A stretch of 64,000 nucleotides of DNA from Azolla caroliniana (lineage: Eukaryota; Plantae; Polypodiophyta), in contig JBHGNT010000001.1 in the NCBI GenBank assembly GCA_043228905.1, forward strand, positions 23,870,001 through 23,934,000, in the 5' to 3' direction. A program made the position numbers and the translations under genes. Each line of letters opens with the position of its first letter. The stretch's first letter is position 1. The notes below the pieces were generated by a model. It made no database searches, had not been told where the DNA came from, and saw nothing but the letters and a program-made list of their open reading frames with translations. This document shows, piece by piece, positions 13,801 through 27,240 of the stretch.

Positions 13801-15276
13801 TCAAAATCACATATCGACCGGTGAAGCAACAAGGAAAAGCAGATGCACTATCGCAGCGTTCCTATCTTGCACCTCATCTTGGTGATCCAGCGTTTGATAA
13901 TCAAAAGCAGGTAATCTTGGGACCAACACGTTTGCACACAACGCGGATTTTTCACACTCCACTAGATTCCCGGATTATCGATGCCATAGGTGCTAACCTG
14001 AAGACAGACAATTTTGCTCAAGCCATTCTAGCGCACATTGATACCTCTCGGGCATCCTGTTCCCAGTCTCAACAACCAGGTATGGACTACCGACAATTCA
14101 AATATCATGATGGTTTATTGTTCTTTAGAAAGCTCGTCTATGTTCCTGATTGCTCCTGTCGCCTTCAAATCGTCCAAAATTGTCACAACACCCATACAGC
14201 GGGACATTTCGATAGTACGAAGACGTTGGATTGCATTCAACGATCCTTTTGCTGGCCCCATATGCGACATTTTGTTGACAACTACATTCGGACCTATGAT
14301 GCTTGCTGCCGAGCAAAGATGCCACGACATCATCCATATGGCTTGTTGGAACCCTTACCGATTCCAAGTAAGCCATGGTATTCTATTTGTCTTGATTTTA
14401 TCATAGATCTGCCGGTCTCAAAGGGTTTCGATGCTATCTTAATCGTCATTGATCGATATGCTAAGATGGCACATTTTGTGTCATGTACTAAGGCCATCAC
14501 TAGTGAGGAAACCGTCGCCCTTGTCATGCGTGAGGTATTTCGGCACCATGGCCTCCCAAACAGTATCATCAGTGACCAAGGACCTCAATTCATCTCCAAA
14601 TTTTGGAAGCATCTCTTCAAGATGCTCAAGGTCTCTTGTAACCTCTCCTCTGGCTACCATCCCCAAACTGATGGGCAAGAGAGAACGAACAAATCAAACG
14701 TTAGAACAATACCTCCGGTGTTTTCTGAGTTATCAGCAGGACAATTGGGTTGATATTCTCCACTTTGCGGAGTTTGCTTATAATAATTTTATTCACTCCT
14801 CAACTCGGGTCTCCCCATTTTACGCTTATATTGGTTCTCATCCTCGTTGGTCTGTGATTGACACCCCGGAGCTATTGGGAATATGTCCCTCCAGTGGGAG
14901 GAAGAACCGACTGATCGGAAAGCCGATAGTCGATGACAGGGAAGATCCGACTATTCGGAAAGCCGACAGTCGAAGAGTCGAAAACAATGAGTAGACTATT
15001 TGAAGATTCGACTATTATTATTATAGTAATAATAATGATGATGATGTGTGGAAACAAGTCCCTCCAGATGGGAAAGAGAGAGGAGCCGAGTTGATGAGTG
15101 ACTCGTCGAGGCCGAAACCAAAAACGTGTATATAGCCAACTCGGGAGACTAAAATTGTAAATAGTCTAAATGTGCGCTCCATGAGGGCTAGGCATGTAAA
15201 TAGACGGAAAGTTGTGTAAGTATATATGCAACTAGGGCAAACTTTATGATTATGAACAGAGTTAGAACAGCAGAAA

Positions 15277-15321
<45 letters not shown>

Positions 15322-16149
15322 GAGAGCCGCGCCATAGTTGTGTGTGTAATAGCAGACGCGAAGAGCCCTGTGTGGCTGATACACTCGACAGAGTGTTATA
15401 ATCATTTCTGTATTGTATATCCACTATACTATAGTGAAGGATTTGTTCACCCGTGGTTTTCTTTCCCTGTTTTAGGGTTTCCACGTAAATCTCTGTGCAT
15501 TGTTGTGTGTCTTGTTTTTTTTCTGGCATTTCTGTAATCACGTATTTCAGCATTGTCTGTTCATTGTGATTTATATTCCACAACGATTTCTCAACAAGAG
15601 CTACCTACCAATCCTCATGTCAGGGATCATTTGGAGAGGCTACGCAAGATCCAAATGGATCTCTCTACTCATCTTCTTCATGCTCAACACACATAGAAGA
15701 TTTATGCGGATCGTCATCGGCTTCCCTCCTCTTTTGTCATCGGAGATCGAGTATGGCTCTTACGTCATCACATCAAGACTACTAGACCGTGTGACAAGTT
15801 GGATTATCGACGACGCGGTCCTTTCCGTATTACCGGTAAGGTTAATTATGTCACATTCCGCCTTGATCTTTCTCCGTGTCTTCAAATACATTTGGTCTTC
15901 CATAGTTCTCTTCTTGAACCTTATAAAGCAAACACTATTCCCGATCGTGTTACACCACTGCCGCCCCCACTTGAGTTAGACGTCGGCCCAGAGTATGAAG
16001 TTGTTGTCGTCCTCGACTCCAAATTTGTTCACAACAAACTTTATTATTTGGTCGATTGGCTTCGCTATAATCCGAGCAAATGTACTTGGGAACCCGTCGA
16101 GCATGTCCAGTCCTCAATCAGCGCCGACTCGTTACACTCATCATCTTAA
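10870..16149 (+). pseudogene. Chromovirus E gag and pol remnants, interrupted by a solo LTR
   Basis: EPKIGLPVKFDG, LLDSDANS, IIYLDD, HHCC and DDE integrase motifs, GPF motif, chromodomain; many stops and frameshifts. Confidence 0.9.
14873..15596 (+). mobile_element. Solo LTR related to the D family, inside the E integrase
   Basis: TSD GGAGC/AGAGC; start tattggga..gtccctcc resembles the D LTR start; shared motifs ttagggtttccacgtaaa and a (GA)n tract; ends TCAACA. Confidence 0.8.
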
Positions 16150-17543
16150 CGGGGGGATAGTGTCATGATATGGCAAGACTCGAACCCATGACCTTATGTT
16201 ATATGGGTCGAGCTCTTGACCCATGACCATCTATTGTAATACGTAGGATATTATTTTCATTTAAGTTTTATTATAGGATATTATTTTCAGTTAAGTTTTA
16301 TTATAGGAAGTTTTATTCCATGAACATTCTAGAAGCTTCAGGACTCCTCCTAAAAAAACTATAAAAGGAGGCACAAGGCATTATGTTGAACCAAATTGGT
16401 TCAACACCAGTCTTAAGCCTCATAGCCATCTTGTACTTACTCTTCATATAATATATCATCTGTTATCATCATCTCTCTCTCTCTCTCATCCTTGCTATCT
16501 CTTTGTCTCTCTCCTCTTCTCTTTCCTCTCTCTCGGGAGTCTTACGCAGTCCCGTCCTCTTAGTACTAATAGTACTTCCCTTCTCTAGTACTAATTCTCT
16601 CTCTGTTTTAGTATTATTCCTGACACAACTCCACCAAGAGTTGAACAACATCCAACAATGGGATATGTCCATCACAAGTTACACCTTGAAGATCCAGGAG
16701 CTTTGTGATACACTCGGCTCGATAAGCGTCAATGTGGAGGATGACGAAATGGTGCAAATATGCCTCGGCGGCCTTGCACCACAGTTCGGCGCGATGTGGA
16801 TCGTCATACTAGCACGAGAGAATACGCCCTCCTTCGATCTTCAATCCATGTTGTTGGTCGAAGAAAATCATATTCGAACAAGGAGCAACGCCTCGGAAGG
16901 CCACATGCTCTACACGCATTCTAACGGAGGAAGAGGACGCGGTCATGCAAGAAGAGGCTAATTCGGCCAAGGATGAGGCGGAGGAGGCCCAACTTACGAA
17001 AACAACTCGCAATTTCGGCATCAAGTTGGAAGCCATCGAGGAACCTTCGGAAGAAGGGGGAGCTTCCATTCCTGCCCGAGTCGACAAAACTCGGTCGAAT
17101 GTGGATATTGTGGAAAAATCGGCCATTGCGAAGAAGAGTGCTGAAAGAAGATGCGTGAGTCGGCTTCCACTAGCTGACAACTCACCAAATACGCCACCAA
17201 CTCCAACTATGACGATCATGGCGGAATGTTCGTGATGAGACATAGAGCAAATTCTATGTCGGCTTGTACTTCAACTAGTACCTCCGGTCCGGAAGATGTA
17301 TGGTTCGTCAATTCTGGTGCCTCGAACCATATGACGTCGCATCAAGAATGGTTCCGAGAACTTCGAGAACCGGACCGACTTGGCTATGTTGAAACTGGAG
17401 ACGACACTACGCACCCGATTCGGCACATTTGCAATGTTCCGTTCAAAAAAGAAGGTAACCAAAATTTTATAAAAAATGTCTTGCATGTACCAACCATTAC
17501 GAAGAATTTGGTCTCCGTCATCCAAATTGTTGAGCAAGGGATG

Positions 17544-20500
17544 TGTAAAAACAAATAGCGTGCGGAAGCAATAGAAAACAAAAAACAGAGAACATGTTTA
17601 ATGGAGAGCTTAATAGTACACGGGAGAGACAGTGAGAGCAGAACAAGAATCACTATTCAAAATTATATCAACACTTTGTACATAGTATGTGTTCAGCGAA
17701 CACTTTTATACAAGTCCATACGGACTGACAGAAGTACGGTGTACTTCAATGCTCACTCGAGCGTCTTACACTAACCACGAGAGTATTAACTCCCTAGTAG
17801 TCTAGCTGCTACTAGGCTTCCGATTACTGATGGATCCGGCTAACCGGCTCCCCAGCTCACCGACTCTTTTGTTCACCGGGTGCTCACCGGTTCACCGATC
17901 CGTCTCGCTCACTAGCTCAGGCTTATTCAGCCGATCCGGCTCCAATTGAGCTTGCCGCTCAACACTCCCCCTCAAGCTCAACTTGAGGTCCGGTCGTAGT
18001 GTCAACGTTTGTGGCAATCAGTCCTTCTGCCCGGCTCCTTCTGGCGTCACTCCGCCTTGCTCGCGCTCCTCGTCCGGTCCGGTTCTGTTTGCCGCGACCC
18101 CTCTTGTTCTGCGCACCTCGACCTCCTCGGTCGACTTGTCTACTCAACAGGCCCAATTCAACTCCCTCATTGCTGTGACTTCGGCGCGTGCCGGTTTGCC
18201 GATTCCTTCGTGACGGGGTTGACTTTCGCTACCTTCTCGTCCTCTTGGCCTTGAATTGATTCGGTCCTTCCGAATCCGTCTGTTGAACCAAATCGACTGT
18301 CTCCAATTCGTTCCAGCTCTTGTCCAAATCGGTCGCTCCCGATTCGTCTTCCGATTCGAGGCCCTTCACCACATTGGACCATGTCTGGGTCTTGGCCTTC
18401 TTCCTTCGGTTGGCTCTGTCCTTCTTGACTCTACCGCTTGTTCCGACTGGTTCGGATGTGTCGACTTCCTTTGTCGACTCGGCTCCTTTCTTCTTCTTGT
18501 CTCTCCCTTTATCGGTTCTTCCCTCACCAGCGCATTCGGCAGTCTCTTTGCCTTTGCCCATTCTGGTATTTTTGCCCATTCTCCCCCTCAAGTGTGGCAC
18601 GTCAAGATGCTGAACACCAAGCATTTCGGAGAAGTGCTGCAACTTGTTCGATCCGAGTGGTTTGGTGAAGATGTCGGCAACTTGCCGATCTGTGTGAACA
18701 TACCGAAGTTTGACCTCACCGCTCCGGACACGCTCACGCACGAAGTGATAGTGCACTTCTATGCGCTTTGTGCGAGCATGGAATACGGGGTTCTTGGCAA
18801 GCTGCATGCTGCTTATGTTGTTGCAGTAGATTAGAATCGGGGTCGGTACCTCAATCCATAGGTCTTGCAACAGACGCCGAAGCCAAATGGCTTCATAGGT
18901 GGCAATGGTAGCGCCCTGATACTCAGCCTCAGTGCTCGACAGAGCAACTATTGGCTGCTTTTTGCTGCTCCACGCAACAACCGCGCTACCTAGGGAAAAC
19001 ATATAACCGTAGGTTGATCGTCGATCTGATGCATCGTCGGCCCAGTCGGCATCTATGTAACCGACCAGCTCTTCGGTTATACCTCGCCGGTATAACAGTC
19101 CCCAATCCTTCATGCCGCCCACATACCGCAGTATTCGGTCCGCGCACTGAAGATGCTCTACGGTCAGCTTCTACACGAATTGGCTAATCACACCGACCGG
19201 ATAGCTTATGTCGGGTCGGGTGATGCTCAAATATATAAGGCTTCCGACAATTTGTCGGAACCGTTTCTAATCACAGGCCGGTCCGGAGTTGGGATAGCTT
19301 CTGGTTCCGGTCCAAGGGTGTAGAGACAGGTCGGCATTCTGTCATGTCGAACTTGTATAGCATATTCAACACATAGTGCCTCTGTGAGAGCAATATGCCG
19401 TCGAGGGTTCGGATCACCTCGATCCCAAGAAAATAATGAAGGTCCCCCAGGTCCTTCATCTCAAATGCATCCGACAACTGGGACTTGACTCGGCTGATTT
19501 CATTGAGTCCAGGTCCGGTGATGACCAGATCATCAACATACAACAAGATGCAAACCAGATCGTCCGGACCTTGCCAGATGAACAACGAAGAGTCAGACTT
19601 GGAGGCCGCAAACCCCATCTTACGCAACCGGTGCGTGATCTTCGCATTCCAAGCTCGGGGAGCTTGCTTCAGGCCATAAAGTGACTTCTTCAACCGGCAT
19701 ACCACCGACTTGTTCATCTCCGTCTAGAAACCGGGGGGTTGTATCATAAAGATCTCTTCTTCAAGATCTCCTTGAAGAAATGCATTCTTCACATCCATCT
19801 GGTGAAGATGCCACCCCATTGCCGCAGCAACCGCCAGCACCACACGAACCGTCGTCATCTTTGCTGTTGGAGCGAAGGTCTCGTCATAGTCGATTCTGTG
19901 GGTCTGTGTGTATCCCTTCGCCACTAATCGGGCCTTGTACCAGTTAACTAAACCGTTGGTGTTGTACTTTACCTTGTACACCCACTTGCATCCGATCGGT
20001 TTACTGTGATGGGGAGGGTCAACCAGGTCCCATGTATCGTTGGCATCAAGTGCCCGCATCTCTTCTTCCATAGCGGCACGCCAATTTGCGTCCTTTGCTG
20101 CTTCTGCGTAGCTCTCCGGCGCACGCACTTCCACCACCTTGGTCATGTACGCATAGTGATGCACCATGTACTCATTGTACCCGTACCGCTTAACAGGTTC
20201 CTTCTGGCGGGTTGACCGGCGTAACCCACCGTTACCCGGTTTGAGGCCCTTCTTGGCCGGTTCAGTCTTCGGTGCCGAAGAACCGTCATTTTCCTTTCCG
20301 AAGTCGGATCCGCTTTGATCCGACGCATCATTACCGGTTTCATAATCCGACATCTTCTTCTTCCCCTTCTCTTTGCGCGGGGAGAGCACGGGGAGAGCAC
20401 GGCAGAGTCTTCATTACTCGTTGGTTCCTCATCTGACTGGTCGGATTGACCCAGTCTCTCATTCGGCCCACTCAACTGAAACGATTCTGGACTCTCTTCT

Positions 20501-23500
20501 TGAGTCCCGGATTCATCATCTTCTATCTGGACCGGTTCAGGCTCACTAGCCTCATCCTCCGGTATCGGGTCGGGGTCAGAAGTCGGAGCTGGTAAGGCAT
20601 ACCATGATGCCGTCTCATCAAACTCAACATCACGACTAACTCGGACCTGCTTCGTCCGGGGGTTATAACACTTATACCCCTTTTGCTCATGTGAGTAGCC
20701 GACGAGGATGCACTTCTCCGATTTTGCATCCAGCTTCCTCCGCTTCTCATCCGGCACATGCACATATGCTATGCTGCCAAAAATCCGAAGGTGTCTCAAA
20801 TTCGGCTTGCGCCCGAAATACAGCTCATGCGCGGACACCTTGTCACCGATCCGGTTTTGGATGTAGACGGTCGTCCGGACCGCCTCCGCCCAGTAGAAAT
20901 GGGGCATGCTCTTCTCTTCCAGCATTGCCCTTGCCGCGTCGACAAGCGACCGGTTCTTCCTTTCGGCCACACCGTTTTGCTCCGGTGTGTATCTGTAGTT
21001 GAACTCTCTCTGAATTCTTGTTTGCTGCAAATAACTGTTGAATTGGCCGGAAAAATATTCTTTTCCGCCATCTGACCGTAGGCACTTGATCTTCCTCTCA
21101 GATTCCCGCTCCACCATGCTCTAGAAGTTCCGGAAACAGTCGAACACTTCGCTCTTCCACTCAATGAGGTAGATCCATGTGTGTCGGCTATAGTTGTCGA
21201 TGAAGGAGACGAAGTATCGACTCCCGCCAAGACTCACGTTTTGTGTCGGTCCCCATACATCCGAATGAATAAGGTCGAGCTTGTTATGGCTACGGTTTTG
21301 TTCGGCGAGGAATGGAAGCCAGTGTTGCTTCCTAAGTTGGCAGGCTTCACATACTTGGGCCTTCCGACCACTAAACTTCGACAAACCGAAAACAACTTGT
21401 TTCGTCTGCAGGTCTTGAAGCCTTCGGTAATTGACGTGGCCGATCCGCTTGTGCCACAGGTCGATGTCCGATTCGACCTTCTGTCCTTTGGTGAACAAGG
21501 CGGTGCCGACGTCATTGGTGTCGAGGATGAACATCCTCCCATCTCTATGCCCTTGTGTGATAATTTGGCCCTCCTCAATGAAGCACCCGAGGTGCGTAAA
21601 CCGCACCTGCATTCCTTGGTCGACGATATGTCCGACCGACACCAAGTTCTTCGTGATAGTCAGAACGTGTAATATGTTCATCAGCTTCCCCCTCTGTTCG
21701 ACGTGGCTCAGGGGAACTTCTCCGACATGCACAATTGGGTGAGGAGTGTCGTCTCCGGTTTCGGCAACTCCCGGTTGTTCCGGTTTCTCCAAGAAGGAGA
21801 ACCACTCTTTGTGGTTCTTCATGTGATTTGACGCACCGGAATCAACGTACCACACTTCCTCTGATTTGGAAGTGGTCTTCTTCATCGAGTTAGCCTCGTG
21901 TTTCATCACCAAGGCTGGCCCCTTACCGGTCTTCCTGGTTCCGGATCCTTTCGATCCTTGTGCGTAGTGCGAGCTTTGCCGGTTCTCCCGACAGGTTTTG
22001 TCGGATCCAGATCTGTCCGAGTCAGCGTGCTTCTTCCAGCACTTGCTTTCTCTGTGGCCCTTTTTGCCATAGTACCAGCATTCCGTGGCGGATTTGTCTT
22101 GCCAGCCTCCAGCTCCACCTTGACTCCCCCTGCTTGTGGAAGTCCCGGAACTATTGTCGGCACGGTCTTTGTGCCATCGGTCTTGCCCTTGCCGGCCACC
22201 TCCATTGCGTACCAACCCACCTCGTCCACCACGCCCACAAGGCCGATCCACCTCCGTGTACAGCATCCGGTTGTCAGTGGGTGCACTTGTTGACGCACCG
22301 GCGTGGTTCTCCTCTACAAGGAGCATCGACTGTAAGTCGAAAAATGACGGCGTATTCTCCCTCGTACATATAGCTGTCCGGAAAGCTCAGAACTTAGACG
22401 CCAGGCCCCCAAGATAGACCTGTACCATCTCGTCTTCCTCTACCGTGACATTGATAGAGGCAAGCGAGTCACAGATCTCTTTGATTCGGGCCATGTAATC
22501 AGCCACCGACATGTCCTTCTATCGAACATTGCTCAACTCCTGTCAAACTTGCAGATTTCGGGCTGTAGTGCTTGCGGCGAACACCTTCTTCAGGTTTCCC
22601 CAAGCCTCTTTCGGCGTGCGTCTTGGCATCTCGGACGTGGCTCAGCAGCTGGTCTCCGACACTGGACGCAAAGCAGTACATCACTTTGCTTGTCGATTGT
22701 TCCCACACCGGGAAGTCCTTGTGTGCCGCATCAGGTGCTATGACGTTAGCTCCGTCGACATAGCTCCAGTAACCATGCCCAAGCAGGTACTGGTGCACCT
22801 TGTATGACCAAGATGCGTAGTTAGATCTATTGAGCTTCTCCACCGGAAGCGAGCTATAGCCATTCCTCTATCCATTGTTTTTTTTTTTTTGCAAAGGTTA
22901 GGTTTTCTTCTTGCGAAAGTGAATGTTGGCTGCAGAGGTTCTCAACCCTCGCGCTCTGATACCATGTAAAAACAAATAGCATGCGGAAGCAATAGAAAAC
23001 ATAAAACTGAGAACAGTTTAATGGAGAGCTTAACAGTACGCGGGAGAGACAGAGAGAGCAGAACAAGAATCTGACATGAATGCACGCTCCCTTCCACAAC
23101 ACTCAGCCACAACCGAGTCTCAAATCGAACACAAAAAACGGATAATGAAAAACACGACACAAAAGGAGAGAAGAGTACATAGGATGTTTAACGTGGAAAA
23201 CCCTAAGAGGGAAAAACCATGGGAGTCCACAGACTCCAAACTATCACTATATCACAATGATTACAACAGTGAGCTCACGGAGGCAACGACCTCGTGCTCA
23301 CGATCTTCGCCACAGGCGGTAGTTACAACAGAGGTAGCGACCTCTTCCTCTCTCTCTCTCTCTCTCTCTCTATACACTGTTATGCGCACTCAAGTCTTGC
23401 ACCAACAAGAATGACAACAACTATATCAATAAGTTTGCCCTAAGTCATATTTATACTAATATGAATTTTCGGCTATTTACAAATATAGCCCCAATGGACT

Positions 23501-24121
23501 CTCAGAAGACATATTTACGAATATGTCCCTTCATCCGGTGAGCACTCCTCACCGGGCCTGCATCATCCGGATCTTGCCAGGCACTCGTCATCCGGTTCTC
23601 ATCGGGTCTTCCGTAGCTGGGTACTCTTCATCTGGTTCTCATTGGGTCTTCCGTAGCTGGGTACTCCTCATCCGGTTCTCACCGGGTCTTCCGTAGCCGG
23701 GTACTCTTCATCCGGTTCTCACCGGGTCTTCCGTAACTGGGTACTCCACATCCGGTTTTGGCCTCGGCCGAGTTTGCTCATCAGTATTGTTCTTCTCACT
23801 TCCCATCCGGAGGGAGCTGTTTCCTAACAGAATCACATTCAAAATTATATCAACACTCTGTACATAGTATGTGTTCAACGAACACTTTTATACAAGTCCA
23901 TACGGACTGACAGAAGTACGGTGTACTTCAATGCTCACTCGAGCGTCTTACACTAACCACGAGAGTATTAACTCCCTAGTAGTCTAGTTGCTACTAGGCT
24001 TCCGGTTACTGATGGATCCGGCTAACCGGCTCCCCAACTCACCGGCTCTTTTGCTCATCGAGTGCTCACCAGCTCAGGCTTATTCAGCCGATCCGGCTCC
24101 AATTGAGCTTGCCGCTCAACA
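17544..24121 (-). mobile_element. Full-length Ty1/Copia element F inserted in B; 3' LTR 17544-17964, 5' LTR 22965-24121 (interrupted by a solo LTR)
   Basis: TSD GGATG/GAATG; closely matching LTRs; PBS TGGTATCAGAGC at 22953-22964; PPT at 17965-17973; gag-PR-IN-RT-RH fragments at 18229-22874. Confidence 0.93.
23072..23829 (-). mobile_element. Solo LTR of the D family, inside the 5' LTR of F
   Basis: Perfect TSD GAATC (23067-23071 / 23830-23834); colinear with the D LTR at 9411-10160; 40-bp internal tandem repeats. Confidence 0.92.
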
Positions 24122-24126
24122 GAATG

Positions 24127-27100
24127 CAAGTACGATTTAATCAAGATGGTTGCTTCATCGAAAAAGAGGGCCGACTCATCGCGCGCGGGACAAAGAGAGG
24201 GCCGAATGTTCATTCTCGACTCACATGAGATGAAATCGGCCATGTTCGCAAAAGGCACAAAAGCCGAGTCCGCCATAGAGTTACGGCACAAGCAGATTAG
24301 CCATATCAAACTTCAAAAGCTCAAGGCGAGCAATTGAAAGGAGTCGTCATCAGACACCCGACCTTGAAAGAGAGAGAGATTAAAGGCGTATGTGCGGCTT
24401 GCCAATTTAGCAAGCAACATCAGCATCCATTTCCGAAGGAGAGGAATGTAAGCAAAGGCGTACTCGACGTAATTCATTCCGATGTATGGGGACCGGCTCA
24501 AACGGCAACATTCAGCGGATGCCGATACTACGTGACCTTTATTGACGACTTCTCTAGGCACACTTGGATCTACCCGACGCGGCAAAAGAGCGAAGTGTTC
24601 GGACACTTCCAAATATTCAAGAGTGGAGTCGAAAAAGCTATGAATCGACACGTACGGTGCCTTCGATCGGATGGAGGCAAAGAATATTTCCCGGATGAGT
24701 TTACGACGTATCTTCGAAAAGAAGGGAGTCGACGAGAATTTTCATGTCGATATACGCCACAATAGAACGGAGTGGCCAAACACAAGAATCGGCACATCCT
24801 CGAAGTGGCATGGGCTATACTTAACGAAAAGCACATGCCGAAATCGTATTGGGCGGAAGTAGTTAACACGACCATCTGTCTCATGAATCGGTGTACGACA
24901 TCCGGCGTGCATGAACTCACGCCGCACAAGAAGTTTTTCGGAAAGAAGCCAGATCTATCACATGTTCGGATATTCAACCCCATTGTGTATGTGCACATCC
25001 CCCACGAAAAGCGACAAAAGCTCAACCCAAAGTCGGAGAAATGTATCCTCATAGGATACTCACTGGAGGAAAAGGGGTACAAGTGCTATAACCCCTCAAC
25101 TCGAAAATCTCGAGTAAGTCGAGACGTCATTTTCGACAAGTCTGGATCTTGGTACGCACTAGAGACAACTTCGACTCCAAGTCCGCTCGACCCGGAGTCC
25201 GCCGAACAAGAGATAGAAGATGAAGATCGCCTTACATACATGTTCGAAGAAAGGCCGATTACGACAAGGCTTAGTGGACCACAAGAGCCTCTCAGCGATC
25301 AAAGCACATCTCGGCCGAGTTCAAAGCTGGACAAAGGCAAGGCGAAAATGCCGGAGTATGAAGACGATTACTTCGACGGCAACGAATCGACTCACTCCCT
25401 CGATAGTGAGTCTGAAGGCCTTGAGATCCGGACAAATGGAGCGGAGAAAGCCATAGTATCCGCAAACGAGAAGCTCCGCCGATCCACCCGTGAAAAGAAC
25501 CCCATAAGCCGATTCGGCTATAATGATTATATGGTGTACCATTATGCCTTTATGATGAAGGTAGCGACAGTATGGGAGCCGGAAACGTTTTCCGAAGCCA
25601 CGACGGACCCCAGATGGGTTGAAGCGATGAATGAGGAGATGCAAGCACTCTCCAAGGACGAGACATGGGATCTCGTTCACCACTCACCACATAAGAAGGC
25701 AATTGGCTGTAGATGGATCTACAAGGTGAAGTATAATGCCGACAGCTCCGTAAACCGTTACAAAGCTCGACTTTTAGCAAAAGGATATGCTCAGAAGCAT
25801 GCAGTCGAATATGAAGGGACATTTGCCCCCGTGGCAAAGATGACGACAGTGCAAACCGTAATTGCACTCGCTACGGCGAAAGGGTGGCACCTCCACCAAA
25901 TGGACGTCAAGAACACTTTCCTCCAAGGCGAATTAAAAGAGGAGGTGTACATGGTACAACCTCCCGACTTTGAATCACGCATTCATCCGAAAGCCGTGTG
26001 CCGACTCAAGAAGCCACTCTACGGCCTCAAGCAAGCACCGTGTGCTTGGCTTTCGAAGATTACACAATATCTTCATCAAATCGGATTTCAAATGTTGAAA
26101 TCCGACAACTCCCTCTACGTACGACATGACTCTAGAAGCCTAATTGTCATCATCCTCTACGTGGATGATCTGGTTATTGGAGGTGATCATTTAGTCGACA
26201 TCAACAAGGTGAAGTCCCTCCTCTCCAACAAATTCGAGATGACGGACATGAAGGAGCTTCATTGCTTCCTAGGCATCGAGGTAATTCGGACTCCGGCCGC
26301 CATTATGATCTCCCAACAACACTACATCCTCAACTTGTTATACAAGTTTAGGATGACTCAGTGTAAATCTGTGGCAACCCCTCTCGATCGAAACCTTAAA
26401 TTGGATGCTGACTCTGGCACAAAAGAGTGTGAGCTGACCCAATATCGTCAACTGATCGGGAGCCTCATCTATCTCACGATCACTCGACCTGACCTTAGCT
26501 ATCCAGTCGGACTCCTTAGCGAATTCATGCAAACTCCGCGAGATATCCATTTTGATTGCGCTAAGCAAGTATTACGATACGTGAGCGGCACAATGGATTA
26601 CGGCGTTCTCTACGCATCGGCCACACCAATAAGACTCAAAGGATACACAGACGCGGACTAGGCAGGCTACAAAGTCGATCGACAATCGACCTTCGGATTT
26701 GTTTTCTCGCTCGGTAGCAGAGCAATATCTTGGAGTAGTAAGAAGCAGCCTATTGTCACACTTTCGAGTACGGAGGACGAATACAGGAGCGATGCAGTAG
26801 CTGCATGTCAAGCCGTATGGCTCAAGAGGATTTTGAAGGATCTGGGTGTTCCCATCAAGGATCCAACTCCCATTTACTGCGACAACATGAGTAGTATATA
26901 TTTGGCTTGGAACCCGGTGTTCTACGCACGCACAAAGCATATCGAAGTGCACTATCACTTCATTCGAGACCGTGTACAGGCCGGAGATGTCGACCTTCAA
27001 CACATCAACACGAATCTTCAGACGGCTGATATCTTCACCAAAGCCTTAGGGGCTGACAAGCTTTGGCAATTCATGTCAGACCTCGGATTGACGATCCCTG

Positions 27101-27240
27101 ACTTGCCAAGCTTGAGGGGGAGTACAAGCGAGAACCAGATATTGTCTGAATCGGGTACGAGCCGAAGTGGACACCGAAGATCTTCCAAACCGGATACCAG
27201 CCGAAGCGAACATCAATCAAAAGGAATCGACCCGAGTTGA
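24127..27240 (+). pseudogene. Copia B pol remnant (integrase, RT, RNase H)
   Basis: HSDVWGP, FIDDFSR, YKARLLAKG, LYGLKQAP, LYVDD, KHIEVHYHFIRD; in-frame stops at 24763 and 26659. Confidence 0.9.

Larger units (their letters stand above)
10353..16625 (+). mobile_element. Ty3/Gypsy chromovirus E (Tcn1/Tf1-sushi-like); LTRs 10353-10800 and 16161-16625; degenerate
   Basis: Perfect TSD CAACT (10348-10352 / 16626-16630); TG...CA LTRs; PPT ggggggatag at 16151-16160; PR-RT-RH-IN order; chromodomain EYEVVVVLDSKFVHNKLYYLVDWLRYNPSKCTWEP; no tRNA-type PBS. Confidence 0.95.
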
